From positions 4,895 to 68,894 of the forward strand of contig CAYRHW010000003.1 in assembly GCA_964424305.1 (NCBI GenBank): 64,000 nucleotides of DNA, in the 5' to 3' direction. Positions 24,385-34,458 of the stretch are shown here, piece by piece. Each line of letters starts with the position of its first letter. The first letter of the stretch is position 1. Source of the DNA: an uncultured Candidatus Saccharibacteria bacterium (GTDB lineage Bacteria > Patescibacteriota > Minisyncoccia > Minisyncoccales > Staskawiczbacteraceae). The notes below the pieces were generated by a model, which searched no databases, was not told where the DNA came from, and saw only the letters and a program-made list of their open reading frames with translations. The translations under genes and the position numbers were made by a program.

Positions 24385-25467
24385 TTAAATTGACATCCAG
24401 ACATCGTTGGTCCTCTGCCCATTACTTTTCATCCCAGCCATCATGAATATTTTCTTTTGGAATTCAACACAAGAAAGATCTTCTCTCCCCTTCCATAAAG
24501 ACGCCTTCTCTGTTTTTTGCCAAGAAATTCCATCTTTTGAGAACCAAACATCATTAAACCCAACCGCATAACCCGACCAACCACCAATTACCCATAAATA
24601 CCCGTTATATGAAATGAGACAGTAACAATGGCGCCCCTTCCATGGAGCATCTGTAACTTTATTCCATACGATCCCATCTTCTGAATTCCAGACGTCCTTT
24701 TGTCCCATTTTATCAGGAAAATTTCCTCCCGCCATCCAGATCTTATTATCATAAACTTCTGTTATTAACCCTAACCTTGGCGACCAAGCCGCCTTTTTTA
24801 TAGCTAAAAACCAATCTTTACCATTTTCTGAATACCAAACATCATTTTTGACATCCTTCCCATCTATCCCCCCCATTACCCACATTTTGTCCTTAAAAAC
24901 CGTTGCGGCAAAACCCTTTCTTGGTGTCCATGCGGCATTGTCAGTAATTTTCTGCCAGCTTATCCCATCCTCCGACATCCACACATCATTAAAGTATTTC
25001 TCATTTTTCCCGGCGCCGCCAAAAAGCCATATTTTATCTTGAAAAACCAACACATTATGGGATCGCCTTCCAGCCCACGGGGCGCTACTGGTGACAAGCG
25101 TCCAATTGACCCCATCTTCTGAATTCCAAACATCATTATAGTTTGGGCTATATACCGGCGCTGTTCCGCCAACTCCACCGAATAACCACAGCTTATCTTT
25201 AAAAACAATCACTGCTTGCGAATCCCTTTTTGCCCAAGGAGCCTGAAGTGTTAGAGCCTGCCAGTCTAATCCCGATGGATTAAAAACCGGAACCAAGGGG
25301 TCTACCTTAATGTCTTCCTGGGGGTTAACTACCGAGATTAAACTCGCTGGCTGTTCGAAGAAAAAAGCATCCCCTTGGGTGCTAAAAGTTGAATAGATAC
25401 ATACGAAAGACGTACCTATAAACAAAAAAGAAAATAATAGTACTTTTTCGAAAAAATTAAACTTCAT
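24385..25467 (-). CDS. Secreted beta-propeller repeat protein (Kelch-like blades)
   Basis: Signal peptide, then about 6 repeats of (F.DK.W..GG ... NDVW.SEDG..W). Confidence 0.7.
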   Translation of the reverse strand: MKFNFFEKVLLFSFLFIGTSFVCIYSTFSTQGDAFFFEQPASLISVVNPQEDIKVDPLVPVFNPSGLDWQALTLQAPWAKRDSQAVIVFKDKLWLFGGVGGTAPVYSPNYNDVWNSEDGVNWTLVTSSAPWAGRRSHNVLVFQDKIWLFGGAGKNEKYFNDVWMSEDGISWQKITDNAAWTPRKGFAATVFKDKMWVMGGIDGKDVKNDVWYSENGKDWFLAIKKAAWSPRLGLITEVYDNKIWMAGGNFPDKMGQKDVWNSEDGIVWNKVTDAPWKGRHCYCLISYNGYLWVIGGWSGYAVGFNDVWFSKDGISWQKTEKASLWKGREDLSCVEFQKKIFMMAGMKSNGQRTNDVWMSI

Positions 25468-25564
25468 GTATAAAAATATTCGTAGTTTTGTGAAGAGACC
25501 AATGGATAAATAAACTATAGTCTATTTTAGCTTTTTTTAGGATTTTTTCAAATATTTATAGATA

Positions 25565-25593
25565 TTGACAATATTTTGGAATATTTGTACAAT
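25565..25593 (+). promoter_or_regulatory. Consensus sigma70 promoter of rnpB (TTGACA, 17-nt spacer, TACAAT)
   Basis: -35 at 25565-25570 and -10 at 25588-25593, 7 nt before the start of the P1 helix. Confidence 0.75.
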
Positions 25594-25600
25594 ATATATG

Positions 25601-25950
25601 TCCTAGTAAGCTAGACGATCGCTCTTTTTTAAAGAGAGGAAAGTCCGAACACCATCTCCGCTTTCCGCGGGATAAAATTGTAGCGGCTAACGGCCGTCCA
25701 CAGCAATGTGCGAGGTGCGAACAGAAACGGCTATGATCGAAAGATCTGGCATTCCAGCAATGGAATACTTCTACAGTAATGTAGGAATGAAACGGCTAAA
25801 TCCTTACAGGGCGCAAGAGCAAAGCAGAAATTCAGGTTAAATACATCTTGAATATCTGTTAAAAGTAGTTCGCCAGAGCCAGCAAGTAATTGCTAGCCCA
25901 GACAGATGATCGTCCCAGACAGAATTCGGCTTATCGGCTTGCTAGGACAT
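25601..25950 (+). ncRNA. rnpB: RNase P RNA, bacterial type A
   Basis: Conserved GAGGAAAGTCCG (P4 5' strand) and ACAGAATTCGGCTTATCGG (P4 3' strand). P1 pairs TCCTAGTAAGC with GCTTGCTAGGA. Confidence 0.95.
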
Positions 25951-25951
25951 C

Positions 25952-25979
25952 AAAAAACCGCGCTAAACGCGGCTTTTTG
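25952..25979. terminator. Bidirectional hairpin terminator (rnpB and the convergent ATP-grasp gene)
   Basis: AAAAAACCGCG-CTAAA-CGCGGCTTTTT. Confidence 0.75.
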
Positions 25980-25997
25980 ATTATATTTTCTAATTCC

Positions 25998-27359
25998 TTA
26001 ATAAAGGTATCCCCAGGTTTGTAGCTTATCAGAATCTTCATGCCACCTGAGCCCTATATCCGTCCGGTAAAACATATTCTGAAGCATTATATTATCCAAC
26101 CTTGCATAAACCTGTTTTCTTGCATCATCGACGGTAATCCCCGACCCCGTTACCACCAAGACATACCCTGACTCTCCGGCAACTCCCCAAATCCCGTTGG
26201 TTATCTTCGTATCTCCCAAATGGACTCCGTCTATATTATTTTTTTTGAAAATTATCGAAAGATCTTTATAAATATATGATTCGTTTTTATCTACAAAGGG
26301 AAATGGTGGCACAGCTACAATAACACCGATTTGAAAGCCTTTTTTAGTTTTTAACTCAACCTTCTCTTTTTTAGCTATCCTATACAGAAATTCTCCCCAA
26401 GAAGACGTTACCCCCTCTATTTGAATGCTTATTATTGGATAGCCAAATCTTGAAGTGAATTCCAAAGGATAAATTCCTCTTGCATTTGCGATACAATTAA
26501 TATCAATGTACCCGACATAGCCCGACCTAGCTAAATCCTCCTTCATTTTAAATAATGTATTCCTAAATATTTCGTTAGAAGGAGAGTGAAAAACTAACGT
26601 GCCCATTTCGCCCGTGTATGGACCAATATCTCCGGGGAATAGTTTCTTATGCTCAAAATTAATGTTTACCGGATAGACGAAATCTTCTCCATTGAAAAAT
26701 GCCCCAACGGCAACTTCGACGCCAACAGCCATTTTCTGTAGTTGGAATCTTTTTATCTTCTTCGCCCAAGTTTTTTTATTCTGCTCTAAAATTTCCAGTA
26801 AATCTTTGCCATCGTCTTCTTGCCCTAAAAACAGTATCCCTTTTTGGGCTGAAGATACATTCCCAGATGGCTTGAAGACATATCTTCCTGGGTTTGTTCT
26901 AATAAATTCAATGGCGGAATCAAAATCAGAGAAATCCCAATGGGGCAGGACAAGCATTCCCACCCGTTTCATTTCATTCTGTCCAAACTCTCGATCGCTT
27001 TCTAATTTATCAGTATATGCGCTACCACCCACTACAAGCTTGCCTGAAGCTCTTAGAGAATCTGCGATTACTCCGAAATCAACATCATCAAAAACAATTA
27101 CATCTGCCCAATCTTTGTATTTCTCCCAATCATCAACCTTATCAAGAAATCCATCATAGACATCGTTGTCATTACTACTTTGGATGAAAGCTTTTACTTC
27201 GTGCCCCTCTTTCTTAATTTCCCAGGCCAAATCACCGCTTAAGCTTTCGAAGGAAACGAATAAAAACTTTTTAGGGACAAAATCTCCGTTTAATTTACTT
27301 TCGCTATTATTGTCGAAACCATTAACCATATTATTTATACTTCCAATCGTAGGTTCCAT
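25998..27359 (-). CDS. ATP-grasp enzyme, PurD (phosphoribosylamine--glycine ligase)-like
   Basis: ATP-grasp layout. EFTSRFGYPI resembles the PurD EFNxRFGDPE motif. The likely true start is the ATG at 27329 (Met11), just after the SET gene stop. Confidence 0.55.
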   Translation of the reverse strand: MEPTIGSINNMVNGFDNNSESKLNGDFVPKKFLFVSFESLSGDLAWEIKKEGHEVKAFIQSSNDNDVYDGFLDKVDDWEKYKDWADVIVFDDVDFGVIADSLRASGKLVVGGSAYTDKLESDREFGQNEMKRVGMLVLPHWDFSDFDSAIEFIRTNPGRYVFKPSGNVSSAQKGILFLGQEDDGKDLLEILEQNKKTWAKKIKRFQLQKMAVGVEVAVGAFFNGEDFVYPVNINFEHKKLFPGDIGPYTGEMGTLVFHSPSNEIFRNTLFKMKEDLARSGYVGYIDINCIANARGIYPLEFTSRFGYPIISIQIEGVTSSWGEFLYRIAKKEKVELKTKKGFQIGVIVAVPPFPFVDKNESYIYKDLSIIFKKNNIDGVHLGDTKITNGIWGVAGESGYVLVVTGSGITVDDARKQVYARLDNIMLQNMFYRTDIGLRWHEDSDKLQTWGYLY

Positions 27360-27738
27360 AGGAAACTACCAATTCTTCTCCTTTCTTTACCTTCCTTAAA
27401 GTTAAAAAACTATCGCCACCGTCAACTGTTTTTATATTCGGCTTTTTAGAATGATTGACGAAAAAAGCAATACTCATTCCGTTCAACCCGCTCTTCGGGA
27501 CCCAAAGTCCGCCATCTTCCTCAATCACAAAAAAGTCATCAATCATTTTCATTAACTCCTTATCGAACCCTTTAAAGTCGGAAACGTTAAATCTGTACCA
27601 ATTTTTTTCATCCTTCCAAAAAGGATTCTTTCCTTTGGGTATTTCTCTTATTGCAAAAACCCCCACTCCGCTTACTTTAGATGGCTTAAGACGACAATAG
27701 GTATTTTTTAAACTTTCTAACGCCTCCTTCTTGGACAT
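27331..27738 (-). CDS. SET-domain protein (putative lysine methyltransferase)
   Basis: GVGVFAIREIPKG, the NHS..PN motif (FVNHSKKPN) and the C-terminal EELVVSYG are SET signature elements. Confidence 0.7.
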   Translation of the reverse strand: MSKKEALESLKNTYCRLKPSKVSGVGVFAIREIPKGKNPFWKDEKNWYRFNVSDFKGFDKELMKMIDDFFVIEEDGGLWVPKSGLNGMSIAFFVNHSKKPNIKTVDGGDSFLTLRKVKKGEELVVSYGTYDWKYK

Positions 27739-27854
27739 ATATTTTTATTTAGTATTTTTTATTATATCACAGAAAAAAAATAAAAAGTAAATATTTTTGA
27801 AACAAAATCAACCTCTGTGCAAACAAAAGGCCGCACTAAGCGGCTTTTTATTTA

Positions 27855-28325
27855 CTATTTGATAATCGTCGTGTTGGGTAGCGTAGACTGAATCTTATCT
27901 AGATCTTGCTGCGAATAGTTGTTCCCTGAGATATTAAAGGTTTCTAGTTGGGTCAAATTTCCTAACTCATTTGGAAGACCAGTAATTTTATTATTCGATA
28001 GATCTAAAATTCTCAATTTCCGCAACTGCCCTATTTCTGCTGGAACACCAGTGAAGTTACTTCCGCTGAGGTTGAGAACTTGTAAATTTTGAAGCTTCCT
28101 TACTTCGGCCGGTAAGGCCCCAGTGAAATTATTGCCAGACAAATTAAGCTCGACAAGATTCACTCGGCTGAAAATATCCATTGGCACCTGCGTCAATCCT
28201 TTGTTGCTAAGATCGAGAACATTCCCGCCACCCAAATTTTGCAAAGGCGTCTTCCCATTCAAAAAATATGCAAAACCAAAAACGACTATAGCGACAACGA
28301 TGAGTAATAATATAAATTTGTTCAT
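27855..28325 (-). CDS. Membrane-anchored leucine-rich repeat (LRR) protein
   Basis: N-terminal TM, then about 5 LRRs (L..L.L..N.ftG.lP.E...L..L). Confidence 0.85.
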   Translation of the reverse strand: MNKFILLLIVVAIVVFGFAYFLNGKTPLQNLGGGNVLDLSNKGLTQVPMDIFSRVNLVELNLSGNNFTGALPAEVRKLQNLQVLNLSGSNFTGVPAEIGQLRKLRILDLSNNKITGLPNELGNLTQLETFNISGNNYSQQDLDKIQSTLPNTTIIK

Positions 28326-28384
28326 ACAGTGATAATAACTCTTTAAATATTAATAGTACACTAACACTCCGAGGAAATAACACG

Positions 28385-28828
28385 TTAAAGTAGCGTCTGA
28401 TTTTTCCTATTACCATCCAAAGTTTCGTTAACCATCCTATCGGCAACAGTATTTTTCTCCCTAGGAATTTTTTTAAATTTAACGTGTTTAAAATCTAATT
28501 TTAAATTCCATATTTCGATAAAGAATCTTTGTATCTTCTCGTCCATTATCTTATACTCTCCATTTAATTGCATCACCATTAGCTCTGAATCTGACCTCAC
28601 TTCTACCTCGGTGTTTTCGGCCAGTTTACTCCCGAACAATGCTTTGAATTTTTTAAGAGCAATAATTACGGCCCTATATTCTGCCTCATTGTTCGTTAGG
28701 TTATCGCCGATGTACTCCCCATATTTTTTAAGCTCTTGCTCTCTCTCATTGTATATTACAAAACCGACAGCGGCCTGCCCTGGATTCCCCCGCGATCCTC
28801 CGTCGGTGTAGATAATAAACTTTTTCAT
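28385..28828 (-). CDS. rnhA: Ribonuclease HI family protein
   Basis: IYTDGGSRGNPG, NNEAEYRAVI and the C-terminal NTVADRM give a DEDD-type RNase H motif order. Confidence 0.8.
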   Translation of the reverse strand: MKKFIIYTDGGSRGNPGQAAVGFVIYNEREQELKKYGEYIGDNLTNNEAEYRAVIIALKKFKALFGSKLAENTEVEVRSDSELMVMQLNGEYKIMDEKIQRFFIEIWNLKLDFKHVKFKKIPREKNTVADRMVNETLDGNRKNQTLL

Positions 28829-29991
28829 TTATTTTTTTCCTTAAAATATTTAATAAGGCATTCTTTAAATCTTGCTAGGTTTTCATTTTTTATTCTAAAA
28901 CCAGATGCAGGTGGGTGCCCGCCGTAGCTTATTAGAAAATTAGAGCAAGGCGCCATCGCATCTACAGAATTCACATCTTTTGGAACTCTAACAGAACCCA
29001 CACTTTCAGTTGAACCTTTCCTATATATGAACACGGGCTCATCAAATCTTTGGACAACAGCAGAGGCAACTGGGCCCGCAAGAATTAACGGCCACGAGGC
29101 GTCTCCCTCAAAGATAATCCCAACCCTTGGTTTTTCCAAGACCCTTGCTTCCACTTCTCTAATTATCTCCTTTATCTTATACTGCTTGCCCTGCGCCTTG
29201 CTGATTAAGTTCTCAGCTATCACCCTTGCCTCTTTTACAGAGGAAGAAGTTAAAACTAAATATGTTTCATTTACTCTGTCTATTCTCTCACAGGAGTTCA
29301 ATGCAGAAATAATGCTTTGAATATTTCCATAGCTAGACACATCGCTATTAATTATTTCGAAAAAAGCTTTTAATCCTGGCCTAAAGGTATTATGTATAGA
29401 CCCTAGGCCCTTCTCGATGAATAATTTGTTGTCATCAGTTTGTGGCATCATATCTGCTATTGTGGCAATTGCAGTTAATTCTAAAAAACTGTTTTTAAGA
29501 TTCTCTGAAAATTTATCTTTAAATAGCTCTTCTGCAAGCTTAAAAATAATCCCTACATTTGCGAAACCTTTAAACGGATAATTATCTCCTTTTTGTTTTG
29601 GGTCAACGACAATCGAAGCCGCAGGAATCTTGCCCTCCAGTATCTGGTGATGGTCAATCACAATAACCTCAAAACCCATTTTCTTTGCAATCTTAATCTC
29701 TCTAAAATTTCCTATACCTAGGTCAACGGAAATTAACAAAGCCGGTGCAAGGTGTTTTAACTCTTCCAGCGCGCCTTCCGTAATACCGTAGCCGTCATTT
29801 TCTCTGTCGGGAAAAAAAACTGAGGTGACATTGCCCCCCAAATTTTGAATACTTTCCTTTAGAATTATAACTGATGATACCCCGTCTAAATCTGCATCAC
29901 CGTAAAGAATGATCTTCTCCTTTTTCTTTACTGCCCTTATAATCCTATCGGCGGTTTTTTTTAGATTCTTAATTTCTGGTTTTTTCGTCAT
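28825..29991 (-). CDS. DHH/DHHA1 phosphoesterase (RecJ/NrnA-like)
   Basis: Motifs GDADLDGVSS, VIDHHQ and GGHPPASGF. Confidence 0.8.
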   Translation of the reverse strand: MTKKPEIKNLKKTADRIIRAVKKKEKIILYGDADLDGVSSVIILKESIQNLGGNVTSVFFPDRENDGYGITEGALEELKHLAPALLISVDLGIGNFREIKIAKKMGFEVIVIDHHQILEGKIPAASIVVDPKQKGDNYPFKGFANVGIIFKLAEELFKDKFSENLKNSFLELTAIATIADMMPQTDDNKLFIEKGLGSIHNTFRPGLKAFFEIINSDVSSYGNIQSIISALNSCERIDRVNETYLVLTSSSVKEARVIAENLISKAQGKQYKIKEIIREVEARVLEKPRVGIIFEGDASWPLILAGPVASAVVQRFDEPVFIYRKGSTESVGSVRVPKDVNSVDAMAPCSNFLISYGGHPPASGFRIKNENLARFKECLIKYFKEKNK

Positions 29992-29992
29992 T

Positions 29993-31051
29993 TTATCTTC
30001 TTATCAATGGCTGCAACCCAACAAGTGTTTCTCCGGAAAGAAAACTCAACATTGCCCCTCCACCCGTTGAAACATGATCAAATTTAGATATTAACCCCAC
30101 CTTATTTAAAAACTCTACCGTCTCTCCTCCGCCGACGACACAAAACCCCCAAGATTTTGCAACCGCCTTAGCAATCTCCAATGTCCCCTTTACATACTCC
30201 TTTTTCTCTATAAAACCAAACGGGCCGTTCCAAAGTATGGTTTTTGCTCTTCTAATTGATTTTTTAAAAAGTTTAATGGATTTCGGCCCTATGTCGGGTT
30301 GCTTCCCATCCACCTCTATGGCATCTATGGGTGCAATTAATTTCTCCTGGTAATCAAACTTCATCCCAGTGTTATCTATTTCTTGCTTAATTAACCCCGA
30401 AATTATTACCTTATCTGCAATTTTTAAAATATTGGTGATTAATTTGGACTTTGTTCCCACCTTCGCTCCACCGATAATAGCCAACATAGGTCTCTTGGGT
30501 TTTTGCATTATCTTTTCTAGCGTCCTTATCTCTTTCTCTAATAATAAACCAATGCCACTATCTAATAACAAGGGGACGCTGACGACAGAGGCATGGGATC
30601 TATGGCAAACACCAAAGGCGTCATTGATATATATATCTGCCAATTTTGAAAGAGCCTTAGCAAATTCTGGATCATTTTCTGTTTCTCCAATGTGAAATCG
30701 CAAATTTTCTAAAAGAAAAACTTCTTTTGAAGTTAATCCATAACAATATTTCTCTATATCGAAACCAATACAATCTGGAGCCTTAGTTACTGGAACACTT
30801 AGATAGCCAGCAAGCTTTTCTTGGACTTTGTCCATTGTCAGGGTCGGAACAACTTTTCCCTCTGGCTCTCCCAGGTGACTAATCAAAATTACTTTTGCTC
30901 CCATCTTAAGTAGATACTCAATGGTGGGGATTGTCTGACGTATTCTGAAATCATCCAAAATGTTCCCTTGCTCGTCTAGGGGAACATTGAAATCGCACCT
31001 TACTAAAACCCTTTTGTTTAAAAACTTAAAATCCTTAAGCGTTTTAATCAT
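29993..31051 (-). CDS. pgk: Phosphoglycerate kinase (compact form, 352 aa)
   Basis: VLVRCDFNVPL, ILISHLGEP, AIIGGAKVGTKSKLI and HVSTGGGAMLSFLSG. Confidence 0.9.
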   Translation of the reverse strand: MIKTLKDFKFLNKRVLVRCDFNVPLDEQGNILDDFRIRQTIPTIEYLLKMGAKVILISHLGEPEGKVVPTLTMDKVQEKLAGYLSVPVTKAPDCIGFDIEKYCYGLTSKEVFLLENLRFHIGETENDPEFAKALSKLADIYINDAFGVCHRSHASVVSVPLLLDSGIGLLLEKEIRTLEKIMQKPKRPMLAIIGGAKVGTKSKLITNILKIADKVIISGLIKQEIDNTGMKFDYQEKLIAPIDAIEVDGKQPDIGPKSIKLFKKSIRRAKTILWNGPFGFIEKKEYVKGTLEIAKAVAKSWGFCVVGGGETVEFLNKVGLISKFDHVSTGGGAMLSFLSGETLVGLQPLIRR

Positions 31052-31052
31052 C

Positions 31053-32951
31053 TTAGAATTTTACCACTTCCCCCGGATTAATTACACCCCTTTTTGAGCC
31101 ATCATTGGAGACTTTCTCTGGGATTGGAACTGGCTCCTTCTCTACGACGGGGTTAGGGTTATTATTTATATTTTTCTTAGCAGGCTCTGGTTTATCATTT
31201 TCTTCGGCCAATGATTCTTTTATGGCCTTTCGCAGCTCCGAGACATCAACCTCTTTCCTCTTCACCTTATCTTTATCATGACTATCTCTGTGGGGAGAGA
31301 AAGAAACCACCTCCTGATGCATCGCTTCTCTCAAAGACACTGCCGGGGGTTTTATATCTTGCCTCACCTCCTGCTTTTCTACATGGGCTTCCGGACGAAC
31401 TTCAGACGTGATCTTTTCGGCAGTAGTAACTCCATCCTGCGGTTTCCCACTAGCAACAGGGGCCACTACTTCACTTCGAGGCTTCACTTTCTTCAAACAA
31501 TTTTTACAATATATTGGCCTACCCTTCTCTGGCTCAAAAATTACTTTAGTCTTCTTATTACACATGGAACAAACGGCATCGAAAAGATGCGATTGTTCCT
31601 GCCCCCCGAAGCCTCCCTGCATTACTGGCCTCGGTGTATTCCCCTGCGAAGTTGCAGATAATGTATGCTCTGCATTGTCTTCAAAGCCAGTCCAACGTTT
31701 TATCTTTTCCTCTACTATTTCTTTCCTTACTCCGTATCTCTCTCTACTTGCATTAATGATCTTTTCTCTGTTTGAAGTCTCTTCTGCTTTAATGGGAGGA
31801 AGGGTTTCTGCTGAAAACGGCCGGCCAGCAACTCCATCGATCATTAATTTTAAATATATATTGTATTTTGTAAGGCCAACCAAATCCGTGGCCATAAACT
31901 CTGGCTCAAATTCTCTTTCTAGAAAATCAGCATCCTCTGCACCAATTCTAAAAACCACCATTGTCCCCACATTACCAAATACTGCGTCCCTCACTTCCTC
32001 TTCCATTTGAGTGATATATTGATGTCCCAGCGTCAGGTTCAAACGATATTTTCTTGCCTCGGACAATATGGAGGCAAAGGATATAGTTGCAAAGTTCTGG
32101 AACTCATCGACGTAAAGATAGAAATCTTTTCTATCTTCTTCGGGGATATCAACCCGGGACATGGCGGCTAATTGCATTTTTGTAATTAACAAAGCTCCCA
32201 ATAATCTGGAATTATCCTCTCCGATCCTACCTTTCGATAGGTTGATTATTAATATCTTGCCCTCATCCATTATTTTCCTAATATCGAGAGTGGACTTTAC
32301 CTGCCCGATACTATTTCTGATCAAAGGATTGGAAACGAACTGCCCTACTTTATTCTGAATAGCGGCTGTTGCTTCAACCTCGTATTTCTGAGTATACCTG
32401 GCATATTCATTCACCCAGAAAGATTTAACAACTGGGTCAGTGATCTTTTCCACCACCTTTCCCCTATACTCTGGGTCAGCCAACATTCTGTTAACCCCAA
32501 GCAAAGTTGACTCTGGATATTCCAAAAGCGCCAAGATAGAGTTATTCAAAATATATTCCATACGGGCGGACCAAACATCAGGCCAAACTTTTTTGAAAAC
32601 AGCCATCAACCCACTAGCCACTAAATGCCTGAATCTGAAATCCACCTTTTCCATAACGTTAAAGGCGATTGGGAAATCAAGATCCGCTGGGTTGAAATAC
32701 ACAACATCATTTATTCTGCTAGAAGGAACGAAGTCCAACAAGCCCTCGGCAGCTTCTCCGTGGGGGTCGACGAATGCAATACCTCTTCCTTTTTGGATAT
32801 CCTGCCTGGCCATATTTTCCATTAGGACGGTTTTGCCCATACCAGTTTTCCCAATAACGTAAACGTGCCGACGTCTATCGTCGGGCTTTATACCAAATTT
32901 CTTCTCCTGGTTGCGAAAGGTTGTTTTCCCTAAAAATGTTATCTCTGCCAT
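31053..32951 (-). CDS. TraD/VirD4 (type IV coupling protein)-like P-loop ATPase with C-terminal zinc ribbon and low-complexity tail
   Basis: Walker A IGKTGMGKT and Walker B LYVDEFQNF. C-terminal CSMCNKKTKVIFEPEKGRPIYCKNC (CxxC...CxxC). Confidence 0.65.
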   Translation of the reverse strand: MAEITFLGKTTFRNQEKKFGIKPDDRRRHVYVIGKTGMGKTVLMENMARQDIQKGRGIAFVDPHGEAAEGLLDFVPSSRINDVVYFNPADLDFPIAFNVMEKVDFRFRHLVASGLMAVFKKVWPDVWSARMEYILNNSILALLEYPESTLLGVNRMLADPEYRGKVVEKITDPVVKSFWVNEYARYTQKYEVEATAAIQNKVGQFVSNPLIRNSIGQVKSTLDIRKIMDEGKILIINLSKGRIGEDNSRLLGALLITKMQLAAMSRVDIPEEDRKDFYLYVDEFQNFATISFASILSEARKYRLNLTLGHQYITQMEEEVRDAVFGNVGTMVVFRIGAEDADFLEREFEPEFMATDLVGLTKYNIYLKLMIDGVAGRPFSAETLPPIKAEETSNREKIINASRERYGVRKEIVEEKIKRWTGFEDNAEHTLSATSQGNTPRPVMQGGFGGQEQSHLFDAVCSMCNKKTKVIFEPEKGRPIYCKNCLKKVKPRSEVVAPVASGKPQDGVTTAEKITSEVRPEAHVEKQEVRQDIKPPAVSLREAMHQEVVSFSPHRDSHDKDKVKRKEVDVSELRKAIKESLAEENDKPEPAKKNINNNPNPVVEKEPVPIPEKVSNDGSKRGVINPGEVVKF

Positions 32952-32974
32952 TTAGCTTAATTTAATAGTAAACA

Positions 32975-34369
32975 TTACTCCATTGGTAAATTAGGCGGTG
33001 GTCCACCCTTCTTGGCCTCGACACGAACAACCGTAGAGGCTATTAAAGCTGTGATCCTCGTTGGGAAATGATACATTGTTGCCAACTCCTCACTGTTTAA
33101 TATGGAGCTTCCTGGCAAATCCCACCTTGGAAAAAACGGGGGGAATCTATTGATATAGTGCTCGAGCATTTTCCTTTGCCTGACAAGAAGCCTTTTCTTT
33201 CTCATAAAGAAGTGCACCTTTGTCCTCGTGTCGGCATTAAACTTAAAGTGATTCATATTCTGCGTATGGAAATGCGGCAAATAGGACTCAATGGTTTTTC
33301 TGTGGCCCGAATCCCACTTTTCTCTCTTGGCTATATACACTCCCCTTATGGTTGTCTTCCAGGCAGACTTTTCCATTTTTTCTTCTACGGCCATAAGAAC
33401 CCCTCTTTCTCCGGGGGTCAACAACATTTCCCTTTCATTGCTCTCTGTTTTTGTTTCCGATAAAGATTTTGCTGCTCCTTTCTCATCAGAGCCAGCCGAA
33501 CCAGTAAATCCAGCAAAAAGCTCTTTAAACATCTGGAACAATAAATCGATTAATGTTTCCTTTTTATCCTCCGGTCTTTTTGCAATCTGGCTAATTAATT
33601 TCTTCCCCTCTTCTCTCCACGGGAAATCATGATCTGAAATGGGGATAGTAACCATCTGAAACCAAAGTTGTTCTCCGGGCCCCAATCTTGCCATGCCCTC
33701 CAACAAAGAAACGATTGGGTCGATTCTTTTTTCTTCTTGAGAAATTTTTTCACCGCCTATTTCAAAAAACTTTGAGAAAGTTTTAATAGGATAAGCGTCT
33801 TCCTTGCCCAAGATAAATTCCGTACCATATATGTTCCACTCCTTATTGGGAATATTTTGAGGAACATTTTTTGTGTAATCTGAAACTTGTGTTATCTCCA
33901 CTTCTGGATAATGAGAGTACAATGCTGACTCGACAAGTGAGCGATGGCCGGACATACAGCGGATGTAGAAATGGATAGATCCCTCGACGCTGGCTACTTC
34001 CCAAGAAAGCCATTCTGGGCATGTTTCAAACTCTCCCTCACACCACCTTTCTCTCCAGTTGGCGGTATCAATGATTGTCCAAACAGCAGAGAACACATCT
34101 TCCATGGCCTTAAAAGGAGCCAGACTTTCCTTTGGGGGAACAAGTTCAAGAATTACCCATTTTTTCTTTTGATACCAAAAGTCCCACCTGATCCACCATA
34201 AATAGTAGGTCTCTAGTGGGAATACCAAAAGGATGGGGATTATTAGCCACCACCAGACATTAATTACGGGAATAAAAAAAACGGCAATCGATAAAATCAA
34301 CCACCAGAATGGGGTCCAAATTATTTTTCTGGGAACGTCCAGCCACCAAAAGAAAGACTTAGCATTCAT
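32975..34369 (-). CDS. Membrane protein, unknown function (partner of the T4CP-like ATPase)
   Basis: Trp-rich N-terminal TM hairpin and a large soluble domain. A 24-nt gap separates it from the ATPase gene. Confidence 0.5.
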   Translation of the reverse strand: MNAKSFFWWLDVPRKIIWTPFWWLILSIAVFFIPVINVWWWLIIPILLVFPLETYYLWWIRWDFWYQKKKWVILELVPPKESLAPFKAMEDVFSAVWTIIDTANWRERWCEGEFETCPEWLSWEVASVEGSIHFYIRCMSGHRSLVESALYSHYPEVEITQVSDYTKNVPQNIPNKEWNIYGTEFILGKEDAYPIKTFSKFFEIGGEKISQEEKRIDPIVSLLEGMARLGPGEQLWFQMVTIPISDHDFPWREEGKKLISQIAKRPEDKKETLIDLLFQMFKELFAGFTGSAGSDEKGAAKSLSETKTESNEREMLLTPGERGVLMAVEEKMEKSAWKTTIRGVYIAKREKWDSGHRKTIESYLPHFHTQNMNHFKFNADTRTKVHFFMRKKRLLVRQRKMLEHYINRFPPFFPRWDLPGSSILNSEELATMYHFPTRITALIASTVVRVEAKKGGPPPNLPME

Positions 34370-34458
34370 ATCTTTATCCCGCGAGATGCTGCATCATCTC
34401 ATAGGATTATATTATTATACCGTAAAAAATGAAACCCAGCGAGAGACTTGTAAAAAAA

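Noticed and set aside
34381-34398. Perfect 6-bp hairpin (GAGATG-ATGCAG-CATCTC on the minus strand) just upstream of the 464-aa membrane protein start, considered as a regulatory element
   Set aside because: It is a short isolated stem with no recognisable riboswitch or attenuator context. It may simply be a transcript-stabilising structure.
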